Under the pieces are notes generated by a model. The model was not told the origin of the DNA. It saw only the letters and a program-made list of their open reading frames with translations, and ran no database searches. Shown here one piece after another: positions 14,401-28,180 of a stretch of DNA of 64,000 nt. The stretch's first letter is position 1. Each line of letters starts with the position of its first letter. Source of the DNA: Moniliella sp. 'wahieum' (taxonomy: Eukaryota); contig RSEE01000129.1 in the NCBI GenBank assembly GCA_003971905.1, forward strand, positions 62,001 through 126,000. The letters are read 5' to 3'. Made by a program: the position numbers and the translations under genes.

Positions 14401-15009
14401 TGCAGCATTCACGTCAAGGGATCGGTCCATGGGGGCCAAAATGTCGTGGTGATGTGGTTCGGTGGACTGAGCAAGCTGGTCACGGGCCCGCGCCTGCGCC
14501 TCGCTTTCCGCCTCGGCAAGGGAGCGGACAACAAGAGGAAGGTAGTGGCTCACATGGATGATGCGCCCGGTCAAAGGAGTGTTGCCTGGCTGGGCATTGT
14601 ATGCCTGTTCCATCTCGGCGAGGGAGGCGCGGATCTGACGAATGGTTTCAAACTGCGGGCGCTCGTCGTGGGTGGCATGGGTAGCGCTAGTAGCGATGCT
14701 GTCGATGCTGTTGCAGCGGTCCAGAGGCGGCGTGTCGAGGGGCTTGGAGTCCTCGGCGGGCGAGGTGGGAACGACGGAGGTCAGGATTGGTGGGACCAGG
14801 GAGCTCTTAGGGACGCGGCTACTGGGCTTGGTCGAGGACATGGTGGGGCGGGGCGAAGCATGGTGGCTCGCCTTGGTAGGCACAGCGGCGATGCCGCCGG
14901 GAGCGGGAGGGAAGAGCGGGGGCTCAGCGGCATACACGCCGGGGGCTAGGATGGAAGTGCCGGCGCGCTTGCCCTGGGCCCGGGACGCGGCCTTGGCGGG
15001 GTGGGGCAT
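11479..15009 (-). CDS. TPS2: Trehalose-6-phosphate phosphatase (GT20-like plus HAD domains); intron 12156-12223
   Basis: HYEGYCKTVLWPLLHY, VHDYHLLLVP, FMHAPFPSSEVFRCLP, GRDKLD, RDGMNTTSMEY, SEFTG; HAD motif LDYDGTL, ISGRD, SAEHG, NKGEIVK. The intron has a TACTAAC branch site. Confidence 0.93.
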
Positions 15010-16351
15010 GGCGGGGGGCGGAGGTGGTGGGGGTGGTGGTGGGAGGCCAGCAGATGGGAGTGGTGCTGGGGCGCATCGAATCAGGCGGTGACTTGGGTCT
15101 GGAGCGCCTGGCCTGGGCCAGGGCTGCGGCTGTCGTGCCAGATCCGCGGCTGGAACACGGGCCCACTCAACCAATTTGCCTTTGGCACGGGCCCTGTCAC
15201 CCGTCACCCGTCGCCCGATGCAACTGTCGAATGCGGACTTTGCGGACTTGGCTCGGTTGCCATGCCCGCGCCCAGCCCACGCACGGGGGCAGTGGTGCAT
15301 CGTGGCCCGGGCGGGGTGCAGCACCACCAGCAGCGGGCGCACACCACCCGAGTACATCGCAATCGGCGGCGGCCTCGATCGCTTCCGCTCTGCCTTTGGC
15401 CCGGCAGATCCCCACGCGGACGCCCAGTGGCCAGGGGGGCAGGCCCACGTTAGTGCTTATTTGCCACCCCCTGTCTTGCAGTCTGGCGAACACACTTGTT
15501 GTGCAAATCAGCACTCTGTACTCAGTACCAGACCTCGGTCGCGCTGGCTTAGTACTACGGTCTCAACTGCCAACCATCGACCGTCCGCAGAGCCAGCCCA
15601 GGCCACCCTGCCTGGCCCTTCCCCGCTTCTATGGCGCCCCCGGCCCGCTCCAGAAATGTACTCTCCTGTCTTCTCGGCCACAAGCCTGAAACACCAAGCA
15701 TACGCCCGGTACGCGTTTGGCACGTTCCCGCCGTTACCGGTTACCACATATCCGGTTTCCTTCTGTCATGCTCTGTTACACCAGTGCTATGCCCAGTCGT
15801 GCACCTGAATTACATGTTGATCGGGGCCTGATCGGAAGAAGTGCCGCCCGCTAACTGTAGGGCCGTTGCATCTAACAGACACATCCCAACCAGTCATCTC
15901 GTCGGTGCGGGTCCCCTCCGGGAAAGGCCAAAAAAGGAACCCAAAACGGTGTGAGAATCAGAGGGACACTCAGATCTCAAAGATCCTCTCATGTGACGCA
16001 GTCTTCCGCTCGCGCTCATGGCCAACCCAATTGCCCCCCGTCTACATCCCCTCCTTCCCCACCTCTTCTACCTCGGGATTGCGCCTGGTAGACCACCATA
16101 CGTGCGTCACGAGCACTGGTGGAAAGCCAAGGAGGATAGGCCATGACGGATTGAAGCCACATTGAACCCATTCTCTCGCCAGTTGAACCAGAACGCTGAG
16201 CTCAGCGCTCAGGCTGAGCGCTGACCACAACCACACATACACAACACAGACATTTTCCATGAGAACATGGGTAGCAATTGGAGTGCATATGCACAGGCAA
16301 CGAGCTGGAAGAACCAGGTTTGAACGCAGCAGGCCCACCTCGGCCCGGACG

Positions 16352-18025
16352 TTACACCTGAGCTGTGGTCCGTACCCATCCATGACTCGTCACCGCCGCG
16401 TCTTCCGGGGCTGGGGTAGCAACGGACGCGGGTTCCGATTCACGAGGTGGGGGCAAGAGCGCGCGCGCTTCCTCGTGCACCACACGTCCCTTGGCCCACA
16501 GCGCGTCCAACAAGCCTCCTGCTCCTGCAAGGGCAAGCACAAGGGTGGAAGCGAAGAAAAGTTGGCGTTGCCTGAGCCCGTGACGGTCCACAGCTCATGG
16601 AATGCAGGCAGAAACAAGAGACTGTACGCATAGAGCAGCGCGGTGACGATAGGATGACGCAAGTCTGGAGAACATGTGTCAGCCCCTTGTCTTTGCGTCT
16701 CTAATCAGGTCATAAAACCTCTGGGAGGCTCGGACGCGCACGTGCGCGCGGAGGTGGGGAGGGGAGGGCGAGACGTACAAGGAAATACCTCGGGGTGAAG
16801 GGAAAAGAAGGACCAGTACAGGGCAGAATCGCCGAGTGTGGGGTAGGGCTGGAAGACGGCCACAATGCCAATGAGGAGGGTGATGGCAAAGAACGGGTCG
16901 GCGCGGAACTTGATGCTGGAGGAGCAACATAGAGGCCCAAATGAGCATTGAAAGTGAGCAGGAAGAAGGAACGGAAATGGTCAAACATTTCAGTGAAAAA
17001 GTACCACCAGATCCCCACGTTGGGTGCCAAGTCGGTCAAGAGAAGCAAATGGGCGTAACACGCACGCCACACTTGAGCCGCCTCGCTCCACCGGTCCCCG
17101 CCCGTAAACGAGAAGAAGAATAGGTTCCCCCATCCAAGCGCGAAGGTCAGGACGAGCGTCAATAGCGCCAGGATAGTGCACCCGCCCGGGAAGAGGAGGC
17201 AAATAGGAGGACCAGTGCCAGCATGGAGGTTCATCAATAGCGGGTAGAGACGAACCACCACAGTAACTGCTAACATGTTGCAGTAGCAATGCGCAAGGCG
17301 AGGCGTTTTGATTGGCTGGAGAAAGGCGAAGCCTCCTTGGACGAGGCCAGGCCAAGTATACTGTCCAAGCCAGCAGCGGAGCATACAGTGTGGTTGACGA
17401 CAAGGAGAGGCAGGTGAGAATGGTAACGGGGTTGAGGAGATAAAGGGCAGCCACCAGGGCGGAGCGGGAAGAAGGGTGAGAGGGAGCGCCGCCACGGGCG
17501 GCACTGGTCGTGCCAAGGGAGGTACGGCCGGATTTGCGTCGGGCGGCGCTTGCCTTCTCCATCAGCGCGGCTTCGATCTGGGCCAGTCCACGTGGACGGG
17601 CGAGCGGGCGGAGGCGCACGCAGCCTTTCGATCCGCAGCAGAGCAATGGCCGTCAAGATGTCGGCTGCAACAAAGAGGAGGTCGAAGAGCGAGGGCGGGC
17701 GGGCGGTGACACTCCACTGGGCGAACTGGAACTGGATGGGGGATGGCGGTGCGGCGATGAAAGGCGTGAGGAGGCGGACTACCAAGGGAGGGTGGTGAAC
17801 GTGTGGGCTGTGCCAAGGGCCTGGTGTGCTGGTGCGCATGGGGAGGTGGGAGGAGGCGAGGTGGGCGGCCTCGCGCAGGCCGCGGACAGCAGTGGAGGGC
17901 GAGACGAGTTCGGCGCGGTCCTCGAGCAGCGAGCGGATGGAGGCGGGCGTCAGCGCAAAGGCGGCAACGCGCCCAGCAGGCCCACCAGCACACGGCCCAC
18001 ACCGCAGCGGCGGCGGAGGCGCCAT
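16352..18025 (-). CDS. GAB1: GPI transamidase subunit PIG-U/Gab1; intron near 16666-16778
   Basis: DLAPNVGIWWYFFTEMFDHFRSFF, ELVSPSTAVRGLREA, YLLNP and GSGNANFF(F)ASTL match the PIG-U family pattern. Confidence 0.9.
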
Positions 18026-18402
18026 CGCGGGGAGACGGGGTGGCGAGGGCGGGCATTGGCCAGGGATGCTCGCGGGAGGCTGCGGGAGGCAGTGGGTGGA
18101 GGTGGGCGGCTGGCCTGGATGGAGTGGGCTGTGAATGTTGCACGCTGGAGATTCCGCGTAGTCTGTTGGGGGCTCTTTATTTATTGCCACTGGTCAGCTG
18201 GCCATCGACGCAAGCCAGATCAGCTGTCCAGGCTCAGGCTCAGCCCCGAAGGGTGGATCAGCCAGCCGACCGCCGCCGGCCACAGTCAACCGCCATCGCC
18301 ATTGCCATCACCACCACCACCGTCATCCCATCGCCACCGCCATCGTCACCACCCATCCCACCGCCATCGTCACCCCCCCCCCCCCCCCCACCACTGGCTG
18401 CC

Positions 18403-21400
18403 ATGCCGCCTCTCCCATCACAGCAGCCCCCACACGCATCGCCGCCGCCGCCTCCGCCTCCCCCCGACTCCTTCGCCTCTCTTGGCCGCCCCCGCGCCCG
18501 CCTCCGCCGCTTGGCTAGTGAAATCGACTCGGCCTGGTCCACCGACTCGACCGACGCCTACGCCTCCAGCCCACCCCCCTCCGCCCGCTGCGGCCCTGGG
18601 CCGAAGCCACCATCACCATGCACGGCCAGCAAGTGGACGAGCATGGACCTCTTCAAGCCCCGCACCTTCCAGACCCACCCTCCCGCCAGCGCCCTCGCAC
18701 ACCCCTCGCCCGAGCCTGGCCCCGCCGCTCCCCGGTCCTTCTCTCGCTCCCGCTCCCGCTCCCCCTCAGGCTCCAGCTCCAACTCGGCCCCAACCGAGAC
18801 GTATGGCGCCGGACCCAGCGGGCCGCCGTCGACCTCTTCCGAGCCCCAGTCTGGATCCGAATCCGACTCGGCCGACAGCCCCCGCGCCCGCCCCTTTCGC
18901 TGGGACACGCGCCTGCCTCGCATCTCTGCACACGCTGATGTTCCTCCGCATCCCGAGCGTCGGCGACGCGGTACAGCGTTTCCCCCATCCCAACAGGCCA
19001 GTCTCCTCGACTGCTACCGTCAGCTGCCTGGAGCTCGGCACACGCGTCCCATCTACCTCCCTCTGACGCGGGCATGCGGGCCCCCGTCTCCTCCTCACCC
19101 GAGGTCACCGCATCTGCCCCTGTGCGTGCACTAAGCCAGATCCACAAACGACTCTCGTCTCAAACCATCCGGCCCCAACCCTCGCCCGGGGATGAGAACG
19201 GGCTGACACACGCCTCCGGATCCGGGTCCGGCGGAGCAGAGGGGCCCGAAATGGCAGCTGACTCCAAGCCCCCGCCTACCTTGCCCGTGCGTTTCTGCTG
19301 CCTTCTGCTCCCGACAAATTGGGCATGTTGGAGCGGATGGGTGCCTACCTTGCCGCCTACAAGGTGGACACCAACTGGTTTGCAGAGACTACGTTGCTTG
19401 TCTCGGCTGCTTTGGGCGTTGCGTATGCCCTGTACCACACCAACATTCCCGCGTTGCGCAACCGGCTTACGCCTTGGCCAGTCAGACCATTGTGGCAGTA
19501 GGACTGAGCCCCTTTCTGCGCTGGTTGGATGCACATGCATTCAGGTCTCCCGATGCGCGAACCAAAATGGATGCGACGGGCACCGATCCCGGAGTTCCGT
19601 CCAATCTCGGACTCATGTCAATCCTGGGCTGGGAGGCAACCCCGAACGGCCCTTACCAAGGAAGAACAGCAAGGCATACTCAACCCCTCCCGCCCCAACT
19701 TTCTCGTTACGAACTGCGGGACGAGACGGGAGGTCACCTACGAGAGACGGTCTATCGTCCGGCCGGAGTGGCCCACCAGGACGCTCGCTACGTTTGGGGT
19801 CTTCCACCGACCCGCTTTTTCCGCGATGCCCGTGATCAAGGGTTGATTCCTGGACTGTTATGTGGTCCACTCTTGGCCGGCTTGTCTATTGGATGCTGTC
19901 ACAGCCGAACGGTCTGTTGCCGCTGGCCATGCAACTTCGATGGTTGGGGAATGGCGTCTACCTTCCTGGCCCGCCAAGGCCGAGTTACCTGCGTGGGCAC
20001 GCTTGCCTCCTCCTACTCCTCCAGAAGGGTTGGCTGTCTTTCGTCGCTCGTTTGGCGCTTTCGTCGATGCATACGCTTGTTTTCTTGATCAACGTCATCC
20101 ACATCGTTGCGATGCACTACGCCCCAGCTCATTGGGTCTCTCCGCGCAAGACGAGTCATCGGACGCGTAACTTTGCCCTGTTTTACGGCGCAATTACTTC
20201 GGCGCTTACCATCGCAGCGCCCATGGGTCTCTTGGCTCTCTTGGGTGTTTCGGTTGCGGGCGGGGAAGTACCACCTGCTTCAGGAGGGTTATCCGTATGG
20301 GAAGTGGTACTAACCTCAGCCTTGTACCAAACCACACTGCTCACCACTGTGCCTTGGCTAGGCGCAACTTTACCTATGGTGAACTCGTTATCGCCGTCGC
20401 CTATGGAGTTACGATCATGGTCGAGGCAACTAGCTTGACGATCGCACGTATCACACGGTCCTTGGCGCCCCACACCTTCCGAGCACCCAATGCGCTTCTC
20501 GTTTTGCAACTCGCTTTGATCGGGGGTACATTTTCCATTGGCTTTCTTACCTCTCCGCTTCTCTATCTGTCCCGTTCGCTTGCGCAGCGTCCCATCCATC
20601 GACTCCGTTGGCCGGAAAAGCGTCGGGGACATCGCAAGATTTTGTCCGCTTCCTTTTACACCTTGGCCGCCCTTTTTGTCGCAGCCGTTCTGGGACCTTG
20701 GTGCAGATGGTTGCTCAACACCAATCCGTGGGTATGGACAGTGCGGTTTACCTTGGGACTCGAGACGCTTGCCTCGCCCCTGGTACCCTTGGATGGCGCG
20801 ACTGGTCTGCTTCCCCGCTCGCGCTTTAGCTTGGTGGGCTGCGTGTCTCTCGCCACCGCGATCTTTTGGGCCGCCGCGACGCCCAGTGGATCTCCAGCAG
20901 CGTTTTTGTGTCAAAAGGTACCTCGGGATCAGTAGCCCCTCACAATCCCCCCACGCCTTGCCCAAACCCCCTTCTCTGGGGCTGGGCACGAATCAGTTCA
21001 CTTTGTTCGCCCTTTGTTCGCCCTCGGTTTCCTACCCAACCCCGATCACCATACACTCGCCATCCAACTGATTCGCCCTTACCTCAAACGGAGGCGGATG
21101 GGCGGATCCCTCATCCTGACGTTGGGGTGAACGAACCCAAAGGTCCCGCAGCTGGAACATCCGCTGCCGCTTCTCTCAGTCCCTTGAGTCCTCCGACTGC
21201 ATTGCCCGTGCTTGGGGACAAAAGCAAGGACGAGTCGGTGGCGGCAGGATCCACGTCTACCCGACCCAAGCGGCAGGCCATTTGGCTCTCGCTTAATGCA
21301 AGCGCAAGTTCTTCCATCTCCTGGCTATTTCATGTTCATCCCTGGATTCTTGCTCAACGTACGTTCTCTTCTGTCTCTGTCTCTGTCTCTGTTGCTTCCC

Positions 21401-21965
21401 CTTCCGACTTTGATCCTGACTTGTCTTCTTTCTAGCCAGCTTTTACCCACCTCGCCATGAGTGTCGCATTTGCGGTTTTCATTCTCTGCGAGTACACACG
21501 CTACTTTGCGTGTTATCCTCTCGGCGCGCCTCTCCACGTCTTCTCTCCCGCTTTTTGGATAGCAAAGACCAAAATGGCCCAGTCATCTTGTCACCCTTTA
21601 CCTTCTACAAGGATGCGCCTTACCCCTCTGGCTCGAGGCTCGGCCTTCCGCGCTGGCCCGCTGCACCTCCACATTAGCCCTGGGAATTGCCGATGCGACG
21701 GCCTCCGTCGTTGGGCGCAAGTTTGGTGCGACGCGGTGGCCCCAGAGTCGCAAGACGGTCGAAGGAACGATGGCCTTTATTGTTTCTCTCTCTCTCTCGG
21801 GCTTGGTCGTCCATGCGCTTTGGCCCGAAGGAGGGCAATCGTTTAGCCTCTCTGCTTGGATTGCGACGGCGACGCGCTGGCTTGTTTGAGGGTGTGTCGG
21901 AACAAAACGATAACCTAATCTTGCCCATCTATTCGTTTGTCCTCACGTCGCTTTTCGGCTTGTGA
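18403..21965 (+). CDS. SEC59: Dolichol kinase with long disordered N-terminal extension; intron 21359-21436
   Basis: NFTYGEL, RKFFHLL, LGIADA.ASVVGRKFG..RW, KTVEGT and EGVSEQNDNLILPIY across frameshifted fragments. Confidence 0.88.
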
Positions 21966-23569
21966 GGTGCGGGCCAGTGCATATCTATCTGTTTGGCGTT
22001 CCTTCATCTTTTGCCCCTCCCCCCGCCGCCATCTTCTTCTTTCTGTCTTCTTTCCTTCTGTCCTTCCGTCCTTCTTTCTGTCTTCTATCGAACCTTCTGC
22101 CTTCTATCGGGAGGCAGGTCGTACGGCTCTGAGTCCTGAGTCCCTGTGTCTCCATCATGCCGTTGCATTGTCGCAGCGATGCGATCAAGTATGTGGTTTA
22201 GCCTTTTGCATTTGTTTCCCCATTCATGTCCTGTCCTCATCTCCTCCGCATGAAACCTCATTGGCATCATCTTGTGATATGCATCTCGGTCGATGTTCCT
22301 TCCCACTAGTCTGTGACAACACCTTAGTTTCCACCGTCCCTGTCTCTGCCATCAGTAGTCGGGCGTTTCTTCCTATTACTTGTACACCACGCCAACACCC
22401 AACCGGTCCAATCAAGCCGCTGGCCAAATCGGTGGGCGAAGTCGCTCGCATCATGTATTCCTTTGCAGCCGGACACAAGCAGTGGCTCTATACCACAAGG
22501 CTTGTACTCATTACTATCCGTCCACTCTACTGTGTCCGCCATCTTGCGGCTAATGTCCTGTTTTGTAGCAATTCCCATCACCATCCAACGGCAGACTGTA
22601 CAATGCTAGTAGTACATGTAGGGCTGATCCGAAAGGGAAAGCAGCAGCCGGGAACCTGTTCAAGAAAGGACTAGATGTTACATGTTACCCCCCCTCGTAC
22701 TTCCAACAGCCTAAATCAATCCGTATCGGATTCCGAATGGATGTGAATGATATCCCACTTCTGCCCATACCATGTCAACGAGATGAACCAAGGTCTAAAC
22801 CGATAGAATCCGCCGCCGTGAATCGACCGAGTGAGGGACATGGCGCTTGACTTGAGAGAACTACGAACGATGCCAGTATATGTATACGGCCAAAGGTACG
22901 GGGCTAGTGCGATCCGACGGACCAACAATACACACTGCAAGAGACATTATAGCTGAGCAAAACAATCCAGTAAAGACATAACCGTCGCATCAACAAGGGG
23001 AAGAAGAAATGGGCAAGTGCAGGGGCGGACAAGTGTGAATCGATAGCAGAGAACCGATCAGGGAGGAAGGCGAGTATATAGGGCAGATATGGTCGGTTTC
23101 GGAACGACTCGAGCCAAAGGTGCGAAATGTACGGGCAGGCCAACGGAGCCCCCACAGGAGGCCCATATAATGCCGTAACAAGCGTGACACAATGCGGTGC
23201 CCAGCCTCAAGCCAAAGCTGGAAGAGAAACCAGATACCGTTCATGCATGCGTACGTCGAAACACGACAGAGGGCTCTCCTCTCTTTCATCCTCCTCGTCA
23301 AATATGGAAGCCAGACGCCACAGTCCTGGGAAAGTGGAAGCACGTCAACCATGATAGGCAGCCCAGTCGCGCCCTCCCCCCCGATCGGCAGTCCCACGCA
23401 TGGTCCATCACAGATCATTAAAGCATTGCTCAACAGGGTTTCATGCTTGCGATCATTCAAGCAATATTATCCACAAACCTCCGAACCGATGGCTTGCAAC
23501 CGAACCAACCAAAACAAACGTCATTCCCATCAAGCAGGCACACGAAACGCAGGATGGCAGGTAGGATCC

Positions 23570-26500
23570 TTACGAGCTGGAAGGCAGCACGGACCGTCCA
23601 TCGCCTTGGCGGAGGGAGGCAAGACGCTTGCCAATCGAGTGCACGTCTGAAGAAGAGCGGGGGTTAGCTGAACGCTATTGAGGAGAGGGTGCGAAGAGAG
23701 GGCGGGGAAAAGGGGGGGGGGACATACACTTCTCCACCGCACTTGCTTCGGCGGGAGACAAAGCGGGAGTCAAGTCGTCCAGCGCCGGGTCGAGCAGTGT
23801 CAAAAACAGTGTCTCTGCCATCTCGTAGGCCAAGATGCAGGGATGTCGATTCCAGTCCTTGTCGTCTTGCGTCGAACAGGACCGGCGGCGCGCGTCGACA
23901 CTTAGCCCAGTCGAGATGGAGGTGGAGGCGGAAGTAGACACCGACGGAGAAGACGGAGGGGTATGCTGGTTCCGGTTCCAATCGTCCAGCGCGGCCCCCT
24001 TGGCCATTTGTTTGGCCATGTGCAAAATGAGCTGGTTAATGTCCTCTTGGGGGTGCAAGGCATCGCCTTCGCCCGTCCAGGCTTTGACCGTTTCGATTTG
24101 ATCCTGAATCTCACGGAAACGAAGTTGGAGCATGCGGGTCTCTGCCAAAGAGGGAAAAAAAGAAGTCAGGATCAGGCAAGACCAGGCGGTGTGTGTGAGG
24201 AAATGGGGGGCGGTGGGGGGTGAAGGGGGAAGGGGAGAAAAGACCACGTACTGTCAATCAACTCGGGACAGGCGCCTCTCGACGGATGCGTGCGTTTCCG
24301 CGCGTCAAAGAATGCGCGGGCCTCATTCAGGGCACGGTCCACCAGCGAAGCGGCTCGGACGTAAATCAACAAACACTCGGCCGCCACTGCCTCGGCATCC
24401 GAGATGGGAGCCAGAGGTGGGCAACCAGGGAAAGCCCCCAGTACCGATGCTGAGAACGGGGTAGAACTCGGGGTCGTGCCTGGCGTGCCATCGTCCCGCT
24501 CGGCCGCTGTACCTGAAGCGAAACTCAGTGACGACGAGGACCGGCCGGATCCAACACTGGGACGGTGGGCGTGACTCATGCCAGGATAGGGAGAGGCACC
24601 ACGACCGTCGCTGTCGAGCGCGGAGGAGCCGAACGGTCCGGCGGGACGAAGAAGAAAGTTGCCCAACTCAGTCAAGACCAGCGCTTTCTTGTCCAAGCCG
24701 TGAAGCGTGTCGAGCATTGTCCTCTCGTCGACGTCTAGATCGCTCATGTTGGGCCCTGCTGGTTCAAGCGATGGACCAGCAACGAGGCTGTTGCTGCCCA
24801 TACCGACAGCACTCGAAATACTTTGGCTTCGGTGACTCCCACGCAGAATGGCTTGAGCGTTGCGCAAGGGCGTTGTGCTGGGTGCTGTACTTTGGAGACG
24901 GACGGCAGCCTACTAAGAGCGCGTGTCAAGGAACTGCTGCCGGTTGGACTGGGAAGGAAACGGTAGGGGGAAGAGGTGCCTGCCTGCGGTAGACAAGCGG
25001 ACGATAGATCAGTGTTGGGGAGGGCAGTATGCCAGGGGCAGGCAAGCTCATCCCATACGGTCCCACCGAAGCACGTTGCTGTCCCGTCGCACATCTTGCT
25101 AAAGAATCCTGGCCAAAACTCGAGGCGCGTGAAGCCACACGCAAGGGGATTGGGCTGCTGGCCACCGGGCTACTACTTGAGGGCGCAGGGTTCACCTCTT
25201 GCCCTGGGCGAGCCATGGCTTGGACGAGTCCTTGAGAGAGAACGAGGAGAGTAACTCTGCCCGCCCACCGAGAAGGAAGTGGACGAGCGACGGTGGAACG
25301 AGGCCGGGCGCTGGTGAGGGGGTAACGCCAGAGCCGGGGGACTTGGAATGGGCACGGCCCTTGCCTCCCCCGACACGCTCGAAGTGGGTGTCCCCAGCGC
25401 CGGCGGGGCAGGAGTATGCGTCTCGGGGGGAGGGACAGTTGACCCGGATAGGAATGCAGGACGAGATCCCACCGCTCGCCCCTCCGTATGGCTAGGGGTT
25501 AGACTGTGGCGAGGTCCCATGAAGACTCGCGGCTGCACACTCAGGGGAGAGGTACCTGGCTTGTTCGCCGTAGGCTCGGCCGCCGACATCGTCCGGGCTC
25601 GAACCAGGGCGGGGGTGGGTGAGGCGACGGGAGACGGACGGGGAGAGCGAAGAGGGAGCAAGGCAGGGGATGCAGTACGGGGCAGCGCTTGCACCCTTGT
25701 TGATGGCTGCCCTCCCAACCTGGCAAAGGAAGGCGCGCGAATCTGGCTCAGGCGGCGAATGGGGACGAGCCCAAAGCTGCCATGGCTGCCGCCCGAGCGG
25801 CACTGGCGGCCGCCTGGGCTGAACTGGTATTGAACGTACCGGGGAACATTGGCATGACGGAGAATGTATCTGCCTCACGCGCAGCATGCGGCGCCTCATC
25901 CTCCACCATGGCGTAATCGCCATCCAACAGTCCGTCCTCTCCCATCGAAGGCACAGTAGGATGGATGGATGCGTCCGCCGAGGTGTTCGGCCCACGTGGG
26001 GAGACCGTGGTTGGACTGCAGCGTCCCGAGTCCCCCAAAGGCTTGGCGTTGGAGGAAGCCAAAGTCGCCTGGCTTGCTTCCTCACTGCTCGTGCTATTAG
26101 CACTAGGTTGCGCCACCGAGAGCCGTTTGGGCGTAGCCGAAGGAGATTGGTTAGCGATCGAACCCGTGGTCTGCTCGAATGAAGTCCTCTGCGCAGCAGG
26201 AATCCGGGGGCTGAGTGGAAGCAGACCCGAGGTGGGCACAGTTAGACTAGGCAATCGGCTCCGGGGCGAGGGCAAAGCGGTGACCGGGGTAAAGCCCACA
26301 GTGGTCTTGCAGGCGGGGCCCGGGCGGCCTATCTTGCTTGGCATGGACGAGGGGCCCATATCGCACCCCAGAGAGGTGGGAGAGCTGGACAGGCTCTTGC
26401 GTAGGAAAGCAGCGGGGGTGATGATGCTAGAGGTGCCTGCTCCACCCCGTCCGGATTGGTACTGGGGTGTATGCCACGGCGGCGAGTACGTAGGGAAGGC

Positions 26501-27929
26501 TCCTGGTCGGGAGGTGGGAAGGGCATTCAGGCTAGCGCCCGGAATGGGAACCGCACGAGAGCGGCCAAGAGAGGGTATTGGTGATGATGGTACAGTGGCG
26601 GGCGCCGCTGGAAGAGAAATAGAAGGAGCGTTGGAAATAGCGGGCAAGGTGGGGGTGGTAGGGGGCGAGAGCGATGTGGTGGTGGCTTCACTAATGGGGT
26701 TGCCGTGCGCGAAGATGAGATTTCTCTTCGAGTCGGAGGGGTGGCTGGAGTGGATTTCTCCTGCGAGATATCCAGCGGGGCAGACCGTCCTAACGCACGG
26801 GCCAATTGGGGCCCAGAGCCCGAAGCGACTGCCTCTGAACGAAAGAGCTCATCGAATCCAGCTCGCTCCACCGCCCTTCTCTTCAGCAACGCCCGAATGA
26901 TGCCCTTGAGGTCATCTGGAATCGGTGGCGGACGCACATAGGGGGGCAGGTTTTCTTGCGAGCGCCGAACGTTCTCTCGCGCCACGCTACTTTCGGACCG
27001 CTCGCAGGGGAAACGGATCCGGTCGTCGTTCTTCAATCCGACGCAGTAGCTCAATATAGTTGGCCGCTCGAAACGGGGTTTTCCCGTCGCCATTTCATAC
27101 GTCACGGCCCCGACCGACCAAAGATCAGCCTTAGCCCCATACTTTTCTCGGCGCAAAATCTCGGGAGCCATGTACAGTGGACTGCCACAAAGCGTCTCGG
27201 CCAACGAAGCAGCGGGCAAATGACGGGCAAAGCCAAAATCAGCTACTTTGATCTGGGGAATACCAAGCGGATGACCTGCTGCCAGAAACGCAGGCCCTGC
27301 TGGTTGAAGAAGGAGATTCTGGGGCTTAATGTCACGATGGACAATGTGCTTGCCCCACATGAACTCGAGCGCGCTGCAAAGTTGGTAGAGGAAGCTTCGC
27401 ACAATCCAGCAGTTGAGTCCGCCCCCGGGTGGGTGAGGAAAGTTCCTCACGTCCTCCCAGACTGCTTCGACAGCGGCGATGGGATCTGGAATGGAAGCCA
27501 TTAGGGCACCATTGGCCATAACCGAGGCACCAAGTTCAGCACTGTTGTACACGGGGTCTGCAGCGGCGGGGGCAGTGGGCGACGACGGGAGGCTCCCGTG
27601 AGATTTGATGTACATGCTCAGGTCGCCCCATGGGCAGAAAGGCATGACGAGGTAGATGTGTCCCGTTGTCTTGATGCAGTCGTGGAGCTCAACGACGTTG
27701 GGGTGAGAGATGCTCTGGAGAATGCTGATTTCGCCCTCCAGGTTGGCGACAACTTGTCGGTAAGGAGAACGCGGGACACGACCTTGATAGCGACAGGAGT
27801 GCGCGGGCGGAGTGCGTGGCAGCCCTTGCGGACGACGGCAAAGCTGCCATTGCCGATTTCGGTTGGGAGGAGGACATAGGAGCCCACGCGTTGTTCGTGC
27901 GTGGACTGCGCGGGGGTGCGCGAGTCCAT
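23570..27929 (-). CDS. ATG1: Autophagy Ser/Thr kinase Atg1 (kinase, S/P-rich linker, C-terminal tandem MIT-like region); introns near 24149-24250 and 23647-23727
   Basis: EIGNGSFAVV, VAIK, HRDIKPQNLLL, KVADFGFARHL, AETLCGSPLYMAPEILR.EKY.AKADLWSVG; helical C-terminus ending ...KRLASLR. Confidence 0.93.
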
Positions 27930-28044
27930 ATGGCGGGTGGTGTGAGCAGAGGGTTGGCGAGGGGGATCGAGGAGGGCGAGGGGGATGAGGGGGGCGAGGG
28001 AGGCAGGAGCGGTGTGTGCTGTTTGCTGTTTGCTGATGGATGGA

Positions 28045-28180
28045 GTGGGGATGGAGAGGGGGATAGGGATGGGGATGGAGACGGAAACGAAGACGGGGAT
28101 GGAGATGGAGATGGAGATGAGACAGAGACGGGGATGGAGACGGAGACGGAAATGGAGATGGAGACGGGGATGGAGAGGCG
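28045..28180. repeat. Degenerate (GGAGAT/GGGGAT/GGAGAC)n hexamer tract in the ATG1 leader
   Basis: Purine-rich hexamer reiteration is directly visible. Confidence 0.75.

Noticed and set aside
15010..16350. STRE (AGGGG/CCCCT) sites linking TPS2 to the Msn2-like factor
   Set aside because: The pentamer is expected often by chance at this GC content.
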